Below, in pieces: positions 10,791-22,962 of a DNA stretch of 64,000 nt. Location: assembly GCA_000091205.1 (NCBI GenBank), contig AP006501.2. One strand, 5' to 3'. The notes beneath the pieces are model-generated. The model had not been told where the DNA came from, did not search any database, and saw only the letters and a program-made list of their open reading frames with translations. The position numbers were made by a program, and so were the translations under genes. Position 1 is the first letter of the stretch, and the number at the start of each line of letters is the position of its first letter. The DNA comes from Cyanidioschyzon merolae (taxonomy: Eukaryota).

Positions 10791-11451
10791 CGGTTGATAC
10801 ACTCTGCGAATCCGCAAAACGAATGGGAATCATGGCATGGAACTGGAGCGCCATCACCAGGCAAGAGTACTCGACGCATCGTTCCGGATCACGGGAATCG
10901 GCGTGTGTTTCACGGTAACGCAGCGCTAGATTGATGATGAGCTACCCAGTGAGCTTGCCGTGAATCGCGAATACGAACGTGAATCTCCAGGGACGATTTA
11001 CGAGACCGATGGACGGTCTCACAGATTCAATCGTTTTCGCCAATAAGATACTCCAGTAATTTTCTGGACTTTTTCTCCGAAGCAGCGCTCGAGCGGCAGC
11101 ACGAAAATGACCAGCTTCACAGCTGCCATCCGCGAGGCCTATCCTTCACTCTGCTTCACACACGAACGCGCATGTGCATCGTATTGATCACACATCCGCA
11201 TATTAGCGCGAAAGTCATTCCCCAGTTCATGGTAAACAACCTGTTGCCGATATCATCCGCATGGTATCCGCTGCTGTTGCTGGCGGTGTCGCAACCGCCG
11301 CCGCCGCCGTTGCGCCCGGCGTGTCTGCCGACGACAATGCGACACCGCCAGCGCGGCGCTTGCCTTAAAAGGGCGCATCCCCCGAGGCCTCAGTAGCACG
11401 CTCCTGTGTTTCAGTGCTTTCCGTGTCAAGAAGCGTTTCTGCATCGGCTCC

Positions 11452-12015
11452 ATGGCGACGTTCTGGTCAAAGTATACGCAATTGTTGGCTGAGAAGCCAC
11501 TTCAGGTGAAAACTATGACTTCTTTCATAGGTTTTACGATCGGTGACCTGGTGGCTCAGATCCCGGCCTTGATGGACGGGAAACCCTGGGACGCTGCCCG
11601 CACAGCAAGAATGGCGTCATTCGGTCTTGTACTGCACGGACCTATCGGACACTACTGGTACGAGTTTCTAGACCGGACTATCATGCCGCAGGCGAGCAAG
11701 AGTACCGCTGCTGTGGTTTCGAAAATGGCCATCGACCAGTTGCTCTGGGCTCCAGTTTTTACGTCGCTTTTCTTTTCTTATATGCAGGCGGCGGAGGGGA
11801 AACCGGAGCGGGCTCCTGAAGTCGTTCGGGAGAAATTATGGCCAACATTGAAAGTGAACTGGACGGTTTGGCCGTTGGCGCACCTTATTAACTTCCGCTT
11901 TATCCCTTCTTCTCAGCGTATTTTGTACATTAACACGGTTCAGGTGGGGTATAACGCATTCCTGAGCACCATGGCTGCAGCGAAGACGAGCGTGCCGGTG
12001 GAGAAAACCAGCTGA
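11452..12015 (+). CDS. Mpv17/PMP22-family peroxisomal/mitochondrial membrane protein
   Basis: ATG at 11452; 187 aa. Hallmark blocks: 'TSFIGFTIGDLVAQ', 'DQLLWAPVFTSLFFSYMQ' and 'WPLAHLINFRFIPSSQRILYINTVQVGYNAFLS'. Confidence 0.8.
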   Translation: MATFWSKYTQLLAEKPLQVKTMTSFIGFTIGDLVAQIPALMDGKPWDAARTARMASFGLVLHGPIGHYWYEFLDRTIMPQASKSTAAVVSKMAIDQLLWAPVFTSLFFSYMQAAEGKPERAPEVVREKLWPTLKVNWTVWPLAHLINFRFIPSSQRILYINTVQVGYNAFLSTMAAAKTSVPVEKTS

Positions 12016-15000
12016 GCATGCTGCAACCAGACCGGGGCGCTCTGCAGAGTGCACGCTGGCCACAGGCAGCGTTCGAAGGTAGCGCGCGTTCTCTTCGCGC
12101 GCCTGTCTTGAACGAGTACGAAAGCACACCAACGCACTAGATTGTATGCTCGCGAACGAAAGGTGTTCATTTTTTGATACTGAAGGATGGATCCGCTTCG
12201 AATGAGATGTCCTTGACAATTCATTGACGAGACGCTTGGACGAGGTCACTCATGGAGATGCGTAGCGGGGAGGGCGTGCGACTCGACGCTGTACGCACCC
12301 GGCTAATAGATACAACGACTTTTTACGTATGGCCCAAAGAATGCCGTATATCTTGCATGGGTCGATATAGATGGGCGTAAAACCTGAACCCGATGCTGAA
12401 AGAATGAAATTGTCGTTCTGGAGACCGCGACATATGTCGCGGCCTTTATGTGTACGGGGAGCGCGAATCGAACACCGAGCGCATGACGCGGAGAAACGTG
12501 TTCGGTGCTGTCTGGGAAGCCCCGAGCTATCGCCCTGACAATGAGTTCGAGTACCCGATGCCGCTCATCATGATAGCATACTCGACAAAATCCCCTTCGG
12601 GTCCAAGATGATAAGCTCATAGCGTTGGAACGTAGCGTTCGTGGGCACAAATGCGGTGTGATCACCAGCACGACGATGCAGCATACCTTGGGAATGCACG
12701 ATTGCGAGATATCTGGAATGTGCTCTATGCACATGTTGCTCAAAGCGCGTGGATAAAACCATTCACTTGATCTTCAGGTGCTTGGCATTCGATTGAAGCA
12801 AGTGGTCGTTCTTGCAGCTAGAGATCGACATGGATACGAGTGCCTTCTAACTCGTGTTTGGAGCAACGACTGCAGGGCCGTTCGCACGGCTCGCTGCCGC
12901 AGCCCTATCTGCAATGCTCGAGGCGAGCATGCGGTGTTGCTGGTGCAGTTTGGAGGTCTTGGGCGGAAGCGCGGGCATTCTCGCGCATGCCGCTAATCAT
13001 CGCGCGATTCGGAATCCTCGATGCAGATCAACGGCTGTTCACCCGACATGTAGTGCGATGCTCGCCAGCACCCGTATCATATATTGATATGAGACACTGG
13101 AGTGCTCGCTCTATTCATGCCTTTGGTTATGTTCCGAGCTTTTCATTGGATGTGTAGCCTCTAAATCCCAAGTGCAGCAGGAAGGCCTTGCGAATCCATA
13201 AGTAGTTTAGAGACTCGAGGTTGGTTTTTCACCATAGATCCGTAGACGCTTTGCAGCAGGGAGTTATTACGTGAATGGAATCAGAATGGTTTACGACGCA
13301 TTTGAACAGAGGCTCGTAAAATAAATTATATCGTTATTCAATGTACACGTACAATGCTTCACTCGTCTCCTTTACTCACGTGTGGCCTGGTCAGATCACA
13401 AGCTCTTCAAGTTTTCCATCTTCCTTATTCAAGGCAACTCGTGGGCGCAGCGATTCTCGCCGCAGCGCTGACGACGGGTGAAATCGCTGTCGTTCCATGA
13501 AGAATGCATCACAAGTTCTTCTCTCTAGTTCAATGAACGTGTCACATGATGTAATCGATTCTGTTCGAAACACTAGTCCTCGTCTATTTGTGGTAATCGA
13601 CTATATGGAATTCAATACGAGCATGATGCCGCTCAAAGGGGGCTGATCCGAGAGACTCCCGTTTCGTCTGTTTGCATAGAAAACGGCCTTGGGCTCGCAC
13701 TGAAGGCTTCGCAGGCATTGCCTGCAGCAGAGAATGCGTCTTGGCATTGCACTGCTGGTTCGTGGACGGATCCGGATATCTCGACTTGAGCTCCAGTCCG
13801 GGATTTCCTTACGGGACTTATTTCATCGTGGACAACATCACGGTCGACGGATCTGTGATCCAAAGGAACAGCGTTCGCTTGTGCGAGAAGCAGACAACAT
13901 ACTCGCCGCAGAGATCGTCTCGAAGAAGCCTGCGATCGCAGGCGACGGCACCGGGGCGCAGAAGCGGAGGAGCGTATCGCAGAAAGCCCATTGTACCCGC
14001 CAAGATCAGGCATCGAGCGACGAAGCAAGCGTTCGCGTGCCAAAAGACAGCACTCATAGGAGGAGGATGCCGAGGAGGAGGCGTCGCAAAAGCATAGGAT
14101 CACCTCATTACATCCAAGTCTCGCCGCTGCGAATGGCCCACAGAGTTTGTATACAAGGAAGATGAGAACGGCAGGCGATGCGTAGATGTCCACTTTTGCC
14201 TGTGCATGAAATGCGTCGACAGCAGTCGGGCGCAGCGAAATCGGGACGTCTATGCTGGTGTCAACATGCTTAGATTTGTTAACGACGGAGCTGAAGTGAC
14301 ATGGAAATACCGGCATATTTAAAGCCGGATACAAGAGCTCGGAAAAGGAATCATGCGCATAAATATCCACCAAAAGGTTGATGTAGATGACTATTGGCGG
14401 AGACCCAAAACATAGCGCGTGCGCCCGGGTTACGTGAGTGCACGGTTCTGTTCTATGCGGACATGTGTGTTGCACGGCGCCAATAACTCTGTACCACCCC
14501 CGAAATCCCACAGGCAGAGACGTTTGCTGCTTAAAGGTGTCTTCTGGTCGACGACCTGAAAAGAGTCAGGAGAACAAGCTTTCACAGCGATATCGTGGAA
14601 GGCATGGAGATGTGTAGTTCAGTCGCGAAGCGCGCGACCGTGCGCAGCCCCACAACGCCACCGCCGCGCTGCCGCGTATCCGCGGGAAGATGCCGCCATC
14701 CAAGCGGACGCACGCATCGATCTGCATTCGGGATCATTTTGTTCATATTGGTTCTAAAATATATATATTAGGACATTACTGGACCAAGAGGTACCGTGGC
14801 ACTGCCCCATCGAAATCAAGCCGCTGGCTGGGCAATTCGAATTTTTGGCAGCGCAGCACCGATACGCGCGAACAGATCCCCAGGCACTGTGGACGTTTTC
14901 GGTACAGGAGCCATTTGGGAGTGTTCGCTGCACGATACTTCTACTTGGGCAACGCTGGTCGAGACCGGATCCCAACAGCGTGCACGCCTTTCTGTTTAAG

Positions 15001-15022
15001 CACCTAAGAGTGGGCGTTTCAA

Positions 15023-18000
15023 GTGCTTTTTGTTTGTCAGTTGCTTTACGCCCGAGACTTTGCGGGAAACCTGAAGGGCGGGGACCATCGGCATAGCGAT
15101 TCTCGCGTTCGCCACGAAGTCTCTTCGAATTATATGGCAGATATAGGCGAACCGCACGATCAGGAGTATGCAAGTCACCCGTGGCGGCCACTTGGAAGTG
15201 AACGTTGGAACCAGAGCCTTTCTCCAATAGAGAAGGATACTCCAAAGCCGCCGGGCGCCGCAGAGGAAGCCGGCCAAACATACTGGCGGAACTTCCTCCA
15301 AACTCCAAGCTCCATTGCCCAACTCAGTCCCGAAGCGCTGGATGAAACCGCACAGAGCGAGGCCGTCGTCGCGTCTAACGGTGCTTTGGGGACAGTTGAG
15401 TCTCGACAGGAAGGCGATACCGCCGCCGACCTTGTCCATGGGGCAAACAGCGTCGCCGCCTCCAGTGCAAGGCGCAGCAACGCACCGCATCCGCGCAAAA
15501 GCGCAGAGAACATAGGCGAGGAGTCCATTGAGAATGGTGTTTCGTCCGAGCTCTCCCGCACATGCAGCACTTTGGAAGATAACGCTTCGGGATCTCGGGA
15601 GAAAGCCCTGGAGGGCCTCGGCAGCCCGCATACCCGGCGAACGGGAACACGCGGAGACTTTGCACCGTCGATGCGAACGCTCCTAGACGCTGGTGTCGAG
15701 CGGACTCCCAGGCCGAGCTCGCCACCGACGCCACCGTCGCCGACGACGCCGCACCTTGCTATGCGGCATATGCAGCAGGAAATTGAGCGGCTCAAGAAGC
15801 AAAACTTTAACTTGAAATTGCGAATATATTTTCTGGAAGAAGCCTTAGCTGCCGCTGGCATAGACTATAGAGCGATTGATGGGACGGCGCCCACCGGCGC
15901 GAGAAAACTGAACGACGATAGTACTGTTTCGCAGTGTGGAGCAATCGACTTTGATTTCGATTCTATTCGACTAGAATTGGAGGCGAAAGAAGAGCGCCTG
16001 CGTAGTCTGCAGGCAGAGCTCGAAGAGAGGCTAGCCGATCTTGAGGAGCGAGATGAATTGCTTCAAACGGCCCGAGAGGCTATTATGGGCCTTCAAGAGG
16101 CGCTCCAGGACGCACAAGCGCGAATTCAACGTGCCGAAGAACAGGCATTGGAAGCGGCCAAGAAGAGCTCCGCAAGCGGTGAAGCACTACCGTCGCCACC
16201 CCCGCAAGCAGGCGATTGCCAGACGCCTACACCCGTGAATCTTGACGCCGCAATTCGAGAAGCGCTAGCGTCCACTGAGGCGGCGTTCCGTGAAGAGATC
16301 CAAAGGCTGGAAGAGCAGATACGTATCCGTGACGAACAGATTCGAGATCTCGAGCAGGAGATCTGCAGCGTTCGCGACAGCAAGGACGAAGAGATTCGAG
16401 GCCTTCAAGAGGAATTGCAAGCTGCCATTCATGAGCGCGAAAAGGGAATCGACGTTGGACATGTGCCCGCGGATGCGAGCCACGTCGTCGAGCGAGAGCA
16501 ACGAAGTGCCCTCGAGTCACATCTCGCTGAGGCGGAAAAACGTATTGAACAGCTCAGTTTAGAAGCGAAGCATTATCAAAGCCTTCTGAAAGAATCCGAT
16601 GAACAGAGAACTATGCTTCAACGAGCTCTTGAAAAAGCCACGACGCATGCAGCTCGCGAGCCCGCCGTGCAAACCGAGCTGCAGGAACGGCTGACTGCAG
16701 CACAAAAGGAGCGCGACGCCCTCGCATCGGCACTCGAAGCTGTTCGGACCGAGCAGGCCACCTCGAACGAACGAGTTGCTGCCGCGGAGGATGCATGCCG
16801 CCACGCTGAGCAACGATGCCGCGAGCTGGAGTCTACCCTGACCAGGACGACCAGTGACGCGATGGAGCGTGTGCGCCGCCTAGTGGAGGCCCATGAGAAG
16901 GAGCGCGAGCACTGGCAGTTAACAGAGGAGCAGCTGCGGCACAGGGAGTCTGCGGAGCGCGAGGAGCTCCATCACGCGCAAAAAACGTTGAAAGAGACAC
17001 AAGAGAAACTCGCGGCAGAATGCCGCAGTCACGCTCAGTTGAGTCTCGAGCACGCGCAAGCGCTCGGCCACATCGAACACCTGCAGGCGCGCCTAGAAGC
17101 AGGCGATTCCGAACTGGACGCCCTGCAGGCGCGACTCAAGAGCATAGAACTGGAAAGCCAACGACAACAGGAGGAACTGGAATTGTGCCAGAGCGAACGC
17201 GATGAGCTTGCCGAGAAACTCCACGAAGCCATCAGGCGTATTGCTACTTTGGAGCGGGAGCTGCAAGCAAAAGCTCCAGCCGGTGAACACAGCACTGCTG
17301 CGACGGAAGCAAACGTGAAGAAACCGGAAACTGGAAATTACTTGTCTCACAGCAGCGGATATGAAACATTGAAAGCGGCATCCGCTCCTCCCAGTACTGA
17401 GGAAAACGAACGCAACACCACTCGCGCCGCAGAATCGCATGCGGCCGCCGTTCAGGCTGAGCGAGAGCCGCAAGACCAGCATGTCGAGCGACTGCGCGCC
17501 GAGTTCATGCATTACCAGAGCCGCTGTCGCTCGCTCGAAGAAATGATCGCAGATCGCGACCGTCACATTCATCAGTTGTGTATGGAGCTCAGCCAGTCGA
17601 TCACTCGTGAGCAGCAGCTCCAGGACCAGATTCGCGAAGTGACAATGCGAACGGCCAACGCTCGACCGCCGCTGAGCGCCCCAGCGGCAACCGCCACTCC
17701 ATCAGCGGGAAATGGTGCAGGTGGTCGCAAAGCAGCTGACGGTGCACCAGCGTCGACGGACGTGCTCCACTGGGATGCCATTCATCGAGACATTCGGACG
17801 CTCCATGAGGATATTCGCTTCTGGCGCGAGGAGGTGCGCCACTTTTGCGAACAATTGGTCAGTCTGCAGCGCTTCCAGGGCCCGCGCCCAGAAGCTTCCG
17901 TTCCGCCTCCCACGTCGACACCTGAGCCGCACCTGGAGAAGAAAGCACCACCGGCACTTGGAGAAACACCTCCAAAGCCCGCACAAAACTCCTGGGAGAG

Positions 18001-18631
18001 GACGCTACACGGTTTGGAACAGCGTATTGAACGGGTGATGCGAACTGTAGACCGACTTGCGCAAGTTCGCGGGCGCGATGCGGCCTCTGAACCAGGATCC
18101 CCGTGCGCCCCGGAAGCAACGCAAGCGGTACCTGACGAGGTTCCGCAGCCAGCGCCACCGTCGCGGAGCCAGGCTGTCGCGGCAAAGCCCCCGGCAGCGG
18201 CTCAAGCCTCGCGACAAAAGACCGAGACTCGACGGCGGCCAAAGCATCACGATCACGATGCGTCCGCGTGGCGTGCCGAAGAGCTGGACACCGATGAGCC
18301 GTCCATAGCATTGGACCAAGTGCCTGATGACCTGCAAGTAAGTCGAGAGATGATCCATTTTATGCGCACCAGGCATCATCGACGGCGCGTCGAGGCACCG
18401 GAACCCGCTGTGCAGCCCGTATCCGCTCCGAAGCAGAACGATGCTATCGCACCAACGCAGAACAAACTCTCGAAACAGGCGTGGCAAGACGCTATACTGC
18501 GTCAGGTAGAAGAGACACAGCGCGTTATAGCGGCCACCCAGAAGCGCCTGGAGCGCGAGCGCGCCGCCTTTCTACGACGTACCCACACGCAGTCCGCAGC
18601 TCGCACCACTGACGACTTGTTCAGCGCCTAA
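15023..18631 (+). CDS. CM1-motif (centrosomin / CDK5RAP2 / Mto1-like) coiled-coil protein
   Basis: The CM1 gamma-tubulin-complex-binding motif is read as 'QQEIERLKKQNFNLKLRIYFLEE' near the N-terminus. The remainder is about 1,000 aa of heptad-rich E/Q/R/L coiled coil. The first in-frame ATG is 15134; the track start at 15023 is GTG. Confidence 0.65.
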   Translation: MLFVCQLLYARDFAGNLKGGDHRHSDSRVRHEVSSNYMADIGEPHDQEYASHPWRPLGSERWNQSLSPIEKDTPKPPGAAEEAGQTYWRNFLQTPSSIAQLSPEALDETAQSEAVVASNGALGTVESRQEGDTAADLVHGANSVAASSARRSNAPHPRKSAENIGEESIENGVSSELSRTCSTLEDNASGSREKALEGLGSPHTRRTGTRGDFAPSMRTLLDAGVERTPRPSSPPTPPSPTTPHLAMRHMQQEIERLKKQNFNLKLRIYFLEEALAAAGIDYRAIDGTAPTGARKLNDDSTVSQCGAIDFDFDSIRLELEAKEERLRSLQAELEERLADLEERDELLQTAREAIMGLQEALQDAQARIQRAEEQALEAAKKSSASGEALPSPPPQAGDCQTPTPVNLDAAIREALASTEAAFREEIQRLEEQIRIRDEQIRDLEQEICSVRDSKDEEIRGLQEELQAAIHEREKGIDVGHVPADASHVVEREQRSALESHLAEAEKRIEQLSLEAKHYQSLLKESDEQRTMLQRALEKATTHAAREPAVQTELQERLTAAQKERDALASALEAVRTEQATSNERVAAAEDACRHAEQRCRELESTLTRTTSDAMERVRRLVEAHEKEREHWQLTEEQLRHRESAEREELHHAQKTLKETQEKLAAECRSHAQLSLEHAQALGHIEHLQARLEAGDSELDALQARLKSIELESQRQQEELELCQSERDELAEKLHEAIRRIATLERELQAKAPAGEHSTAATEANVKKPETGNYLSHSSGYETLKAASAPPSTEENERNTTRAAESHAAAVQAEREPQDQHVERLRAEFMHYQSRCRSLEEMIADRDRHIHQLCMELSQSITREQQLQDQIREVTMRTANARPPLSAPAATATPSAGNGAGGRKAADGAPASTDVLHWDAIHRDIRTLHEDIRFWREEVRHFCEQLVSLQRFQGPRPEASVPPPTSTPEPHLEKKAPPALGETPPKPAQNSWERTLHGLEQRIERVMRTVDRLAQVRGRDAASEPGSPCAPEATQAVPDEVPQPAPPSRSQAVAAKPPAAAQASRQKTETRRRPKHHDHDASAWRAEELDTDEPSIALDQVPDDLQVSREMIHFMRTRHHRRRVEAPEPAVQPVSAPKQNDAIAPTQNKLSKQAWQDAILRQVEETQRVIAATQKRLERERAAFLRRTHTQSAARTTDDLFSA

Positions 18632-19362
18632 ACCTAGCAGCTTCACGCACAAACTCAGCTCGAGTGGCGCGCGCGACTCGTCTACGAAGCACTGTTCCGT
18701 AGTGCCCCTGCAGTTACGCTTCCGCGTCCACCAGCGTTTCAGTGAAGAGCGTCGCACGTCTGCACCGCACCTGGATCATGATGCGATAGCGCAACTCGCG
18801 CCTCTGCCCAGCAACGGTCAGCGTGTGCCGCACCGGCTACTTCGCCGCCGCGCAATCCAGCGCGTAACCCCGCCAGCCAGGCGCGCTTCAGCGAGTTCGG
18901 CTGCGCGGCAGCTACTGCACCCTGTTCCAGACTCTCGTGGACCAAGAGCGCCTCTATTCGCTCAAGCTCAACTTGATGATCATGTCGAATGAGTTCCAGT
19001 TCATCTAGACTGCTCTCCTCCATTCGAGTCGAGAACGAGGAACACGTTGCGTGCACGACCAGTCTCACAACGAGGGTATTCGGGGGTGGCGCGCGTACGC
19101 CTCAGCGTGACATTTGTCCTATTTGTACATACTCGAACAAAAACAGACAAGTTAGAGGCATTGGATCTACATCGACGTCTTCGATGGCTACTCGGGGTGG
19201 CGTGTGCGCGCCTGCGACACATCGAACCTATCTGTACACACCTATATAAAAAAGACAGGATGGAGGATGCCACGCGCAGCTGCCATGCGCGTCCGTACCG
19301 TCGAAAGCGCGGGCAAACGTTTCCAGCGCGTGCGCTCCTAGCGCTCGCACGACTTTGGTGCC

Positions 19363-21114
19363 ATGAGTGCTGCCCAGGTCATTGATCCCGTTTATGTGAC
19401 CGACCAGTCGCTTGGACCTGGGTCACTGCGGCTGTCGAAGGCTGGACTACTCTGGTCACCGCGCAACGAAGGTCTATACACGATCAGTGTGGCTCGCGAG
19501 GACCTCGCGTCGCTGCGCTGGTTCAGAGGCGCTCGCGGTGACCAGCTACGCTGCACTCGTAAAGACGGCAGCACCGTGAACTTTGAAGGTTTTCGTCCAG
19601 CGGATCGCGCAACCTTGGAGGAGTATGTGAAGGAGGCCTGGGCATGGACCAAGGGTGTACCGCGCGGCGAACAGGGCGTCGTCGGATGGAACTTTGGACA
19701 GGTGCGCATCGAGGGTGAGAGCGTGCTCTTCGTCTCTGGATCAGAGACGGCGTTCGAGTTGCCAATTTCGGATATATCGCAAGTGGTGCGTTCAGGTCGC
19801 AACGAGCTGGCGTTGGAGTTTCATCTCGACGACACGGCAGGGAAAACCGACGAGTGCCTTGTTGAGATGCGCTTCCAGGCACCGACCGAGGAGGACGCAA
19901 TCGCGCTCCACGCAGAGCTATCGGCGCGTGTTGGCTCAGCGTCGTTTATGGGTGAGTCTCTAGTTTTCTTCGAGGAACTCCCGTTTATCGTGCCGCGAGG
20001 TCGCTACGATCTCGAGCTGTTCCCCACGTACCTGAGTATGCACGGCAAATCTTTCGACTACAAGATCCTGTACAAGACAGTGCGGCGTATGTTCCTGCTG
20101 CCAAAACCGGATGAGATCCATCTGGCGCTGGTTATCTCTCTGGACCCGCCGATTCGCCAGGGCAACACAACCTATCCACACCTGGTGCTCCAGCTCCGCC
20201 GCGACGACGATGAGATCGAGGTGGCGTTAAACATGAAGCCAGAAGAGTTGCAGAAACGCTACGGGGATAAGTTGCCGCCGAAAATCAGCGGTGAGCTCTG
20301 GCAAGTCGTCACGAAGGTGCTGCGTGTTTTGGTCGACAAGCCCCTGCATGCACCGAAGAATTTTGTGACCTCACAGGGTGCCCATGCGCTGCGCACCGCG
20401 CTCGGTGCCAATGACGGTTATCTGTATCCGCTGGAGAACTGTTTCTTCTTTGTGAACAAGCCGCCGACCTATTTGCGTTATGAGGATGTTGATTTTGTTG
20501 AATTCAAACGACTGGAAATGGATAGAAGGTTTGACCTGCAGGTCGTGATGCTGAATGGCTCCACGCTGCTCTTTACGAATCTCGAGCGAAGCGAGTTCTC
20601 GACACTCTACCAGTTTCTGGAGAGCAAACAAGTTCGGATGGTCGGGATCCCGCCGGCGCTCCTGCGCGGTGCAACGACCGGCAAGACCAGTATGCGCGCG
20701 GCAGCCGTGCGAGCCGAAATGGCTATCGCCGCAGAGGAGGCTGCTCGTCGTGAAGCGGATGGTGAGGACGACGAAGAAGCCGACGACCAGGATACCAAAT
20801 ATGATGGGAAACGTGATCCGCAGACGTTTGACGACGAGGATGACGAGGAAGATGAAGATTTTGCAGGCGACGTTGAAGATGAGTCCGACGGTGCACCCAG
20901 TGACTCGGATGCAGCGCGCGACGATGACGATGATGATGACGATGATGATGATGATGATGATGATGAGGCGCTAGAAGCCGAACTCGAGCCCGAGGAGCCC
21001 CTCGAGCAAGTCACGGAGGAAGATCAGTCGCAAGGCGATCCGGAATCGACATCAGCAGCAGCAGCAGCAGAGACTGGGCATGCAACTGACCTGGAAAAAG
21101 CTTTACATTCCTGA
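19363..21114 (+). CDS. FACT complex subunit SSRP1/Pob3 (no HMG box) with acidic C-terminus
   Basis: ATG at 19363. SSRP1-like N-terminal and PH-like middle domains: 'GWNFGQVRIEGESVLFVSGSETAFELPISDISQV', 'LRYEDVDFVEFKR...RFDLQVVMLNGSTLLFTNLERSEFSTLYQFLESKQVRM'. C-terminal poly-D/E tail encoded by (GAT)n. Confidence 0.8.
   Translation: MSAAQVIDPVYVTDQSLGPGSLRLSKAGLLWSPRNEGLYTISVAREDLASLRWFRGARGDQLRCTRKDGSTVNFEGFRPADRATLEEYVKEAWAWTKGVPRGEQGVVGWNFGQVRIEGESVLFVSGSETAFELPISDISQVVRSGRNELALEFHLDDTAGKTDECLVEMRFQAPTEEDAIALHAELSARVGSASFMGESLVFFEELPFIVPRGRYDLELFPTYLSMHGKSFDYKILYKTVRRMFLLPKPDEIHLALVISLDPPIRQGNTTYPHLVLQLRRDDDEIEVALNMKPEELQKRYGDKLPPKISGELWQVVTKVLRVLVDKPLHAPKNFVTSQGAHALRTALGANDGYLYPLENCFFFVNKPPTYLRYEDVDFVEFKRLEMDRRFDLQVVMLNGSTLLFTNLERSEFSTLYQFLESKQVRMVGIPPALLRGATTGKTSMRAAAVRAEMAIAAEEAARREADGEDDEEADDQDTKYDGKRDPQTFDDEDDEEDEDFAGDVEDESDGAPSDSDAARDDDDDDDDDDDDDDDEALEAELEPEEPLEQVTEEDQSQGDPESTSAAAAAETGHATDLEKALHS
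20921..20966. repeat. (GAT)n trinucleotide repeat inside the FACT gene (encodes poly-Asp)
   Basis: gacgatgacgatgatgatgacgatgatgatgatgatgatgatgatgag. Confidence 0.9.
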
Positions 21115-22261
21115 ATGGATTCGGGACCAAGCAGTTAAATGGCACAACTTGCCTAGCGAGGCGTCCAGCGTTTCGTGCCAGAGACGGTGTAGGCGGTGCT
21201 CGTGCTCGTTACCTGCAATCACAGGTTTCGGATCAAGTGCAAGCGGTGGACGCTGGACCAGCGAGGCGTGGCGTTTACGTCATTTCCATGTGCCGACGCT
21301 GCGTGATACGAAAAAAACAACAGCATCGCCAGATGGTGCGCGTTTTTGGCGCGAGATAAGGCTCTTCCCCGGAACGCAAATCCTATTTCTCACAGGGCAT
21401 CTCCGCAGCTGGTGCCGATTCGAAGAGACCTTCATCCGCCAGCAGCCAAGGGTGCCGAATCGCGACTCCAAAACCCCCTGCTGGGTATTAAGTCGTCGGC
21501 GCCTCGCTGGACGCCTCATGTGCGCATCCGTTTCAGACTGCCTCCCGATGCCGAGCACGTGTCAGCGCGCATGCCACACGGAGCTGGCTTGCCTCTATCG
21601 GAACCAAGAAGTCGACTGCGACGGTCGCATACGGTCGAGGTGCATCTGGCAATCTTCTCGTTGGCGCATTGCCCGAGAAGCGGCTGAGAAGCACCGCCAC
21701 GAACGTCAACGAGGTCTTCCACTTGATTCTGGTTCTCGTTGCAGTGCGCGCATGCCACTATGGAGACAAGAGAACCGGCCCTTGCTTCCAGAGGGAATCC
21801 GCATAAGGTTTGCTGCTTTGGTGCAGCGTCATCTCAAACGCTCACGAATACGCTTTCTCAACGGGGTAATCGGGGATGAGGATCCTAGATACCGCCTGAT
21901 CTCCGGGCCGAGGTTCGCATACCTCGAGCGATTCCTGGAGCTGCCGCTCTGCTTGTAGGCACAGTGCGAGGCAAGCTGCTGCCATGATAAACGTAATCCC
22001 GATAGGTAGTGCCGCCGGATATGACCCTAAACGAAGTGTGTGTCTTTGTGGGTGCGCGGAGATTGGGCTACTCGTTTGTTGAAGCGGATGCGTGTCAACC
22101 AGCATGGATGCAGTTCCATCGGTGTGAGCTGGAGTGTGCAAAACACCGCATAGCCATTCCGTATCCATACAGCAGTAGCAGCAGCAGCAGCAGCAGCAAT
22201 CGTCAGTGAAAGAAAAAACTGTTTTTACGAACACGGACGGTAAATGAATATCAATATATGG

Positions 22262-22720
22262 ACGCCTCCTAGCCGTTTTCGACCGGCCCCCTGTTATCGG
22301 TTCCAGTGTATCCGCTGTACACCACGAGCCTGAGAGGTTGTGCGATAAAGTTAGATCACGTCAGCTCTGCGGCTCTCGTCTCCAGCACAGCATACTGCCT
22401 GATACTGGTAACAGCGTTGAATTCTCGGTTCACGAGCTCCTTGGGTTTATTGCCTCTGGTTGAACACATCCGTGCATGGATCACTAGATCTCGTACCCTC
22501 TGTGCCACTTAAGTCTAGCCTACTTCCCTCTTCTTCTTCATATCACTCGCTCTTCTTCGCTCGATAGTTGGAGCGAAGCGAATTTTTGTCGTTGTTTTCC
22601 GGCACCCGGCGAGGAAGGCACTCCAGGAGCCCCGACGCTCACGTTCATACCTCTGTATTTTTATTTCGTTACATGAACGCACTTTGAACACACCTGCTCG
22701 ATACCACGAAAAAGCACATT
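22262..22720 (-). mobile_element. Mariner-like element remnant, copy 1 (3' end only: transposase C-terminal coding plus 3' flank); transposase sense is the minus strand
   Basis: Block-wise nucleotide homology of about 70% to 33975-34300 (in reverse complement) and to 49965-50450. Sense-strand translation gives 'VAQRVRDLVIH...ELVNREFNAVT', which matches the mariner C-terminal region (HTARAVRDTL...SPDLAPSDYHLF). The copy is truncated on the transposase N-terminal side, before the ferrochelatase gene. Confidence 0.5.
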
Positions 22721-22962
22721 CTTCCACGCACCTGAGGCTCAATCATAATCGGAATGAAAGATGCTATGCAGCGCTCATATCCCGCTTTACGTATGAAACG
22801 TTGCCCGTCGTAACGCGGGCTGTACGATGAGGGCGCTCGACGCGGGGCACACGCGTCAGGCGCGTGCAGCACCATCGTGAACAGTTAGGGTTTGGCTGTT
22901 TTCGCTGACGTACCATACGAGAACGTTTGGGATCAGAGGCTTGACTTGGCCTAGACTTTGGC

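Noticed and set aside
22306-22512. Three short ORFs (22306-22512 +, 33976-34230 -, 49970-50449 +) with conserved translated sequence 'IKLDHVSSA.LV...LPLVE...RTR..CA' across a dispersed 250-bp module. I initially considered a SINE, a tRNA-derived element (a B-box-like ggttcacgagctcc) or a structured ncRNA family.
   Set aside because: The module is the C-terminal coding end of the mariner-like transposase read on the opposite strand: 'VAQRVRDL...VNRDFLAT' matches mariner 'ARAVRDTL...SDYHLFAS'. The short ORFs are antisense by-products, and the conservation is explained by the transposase frame.
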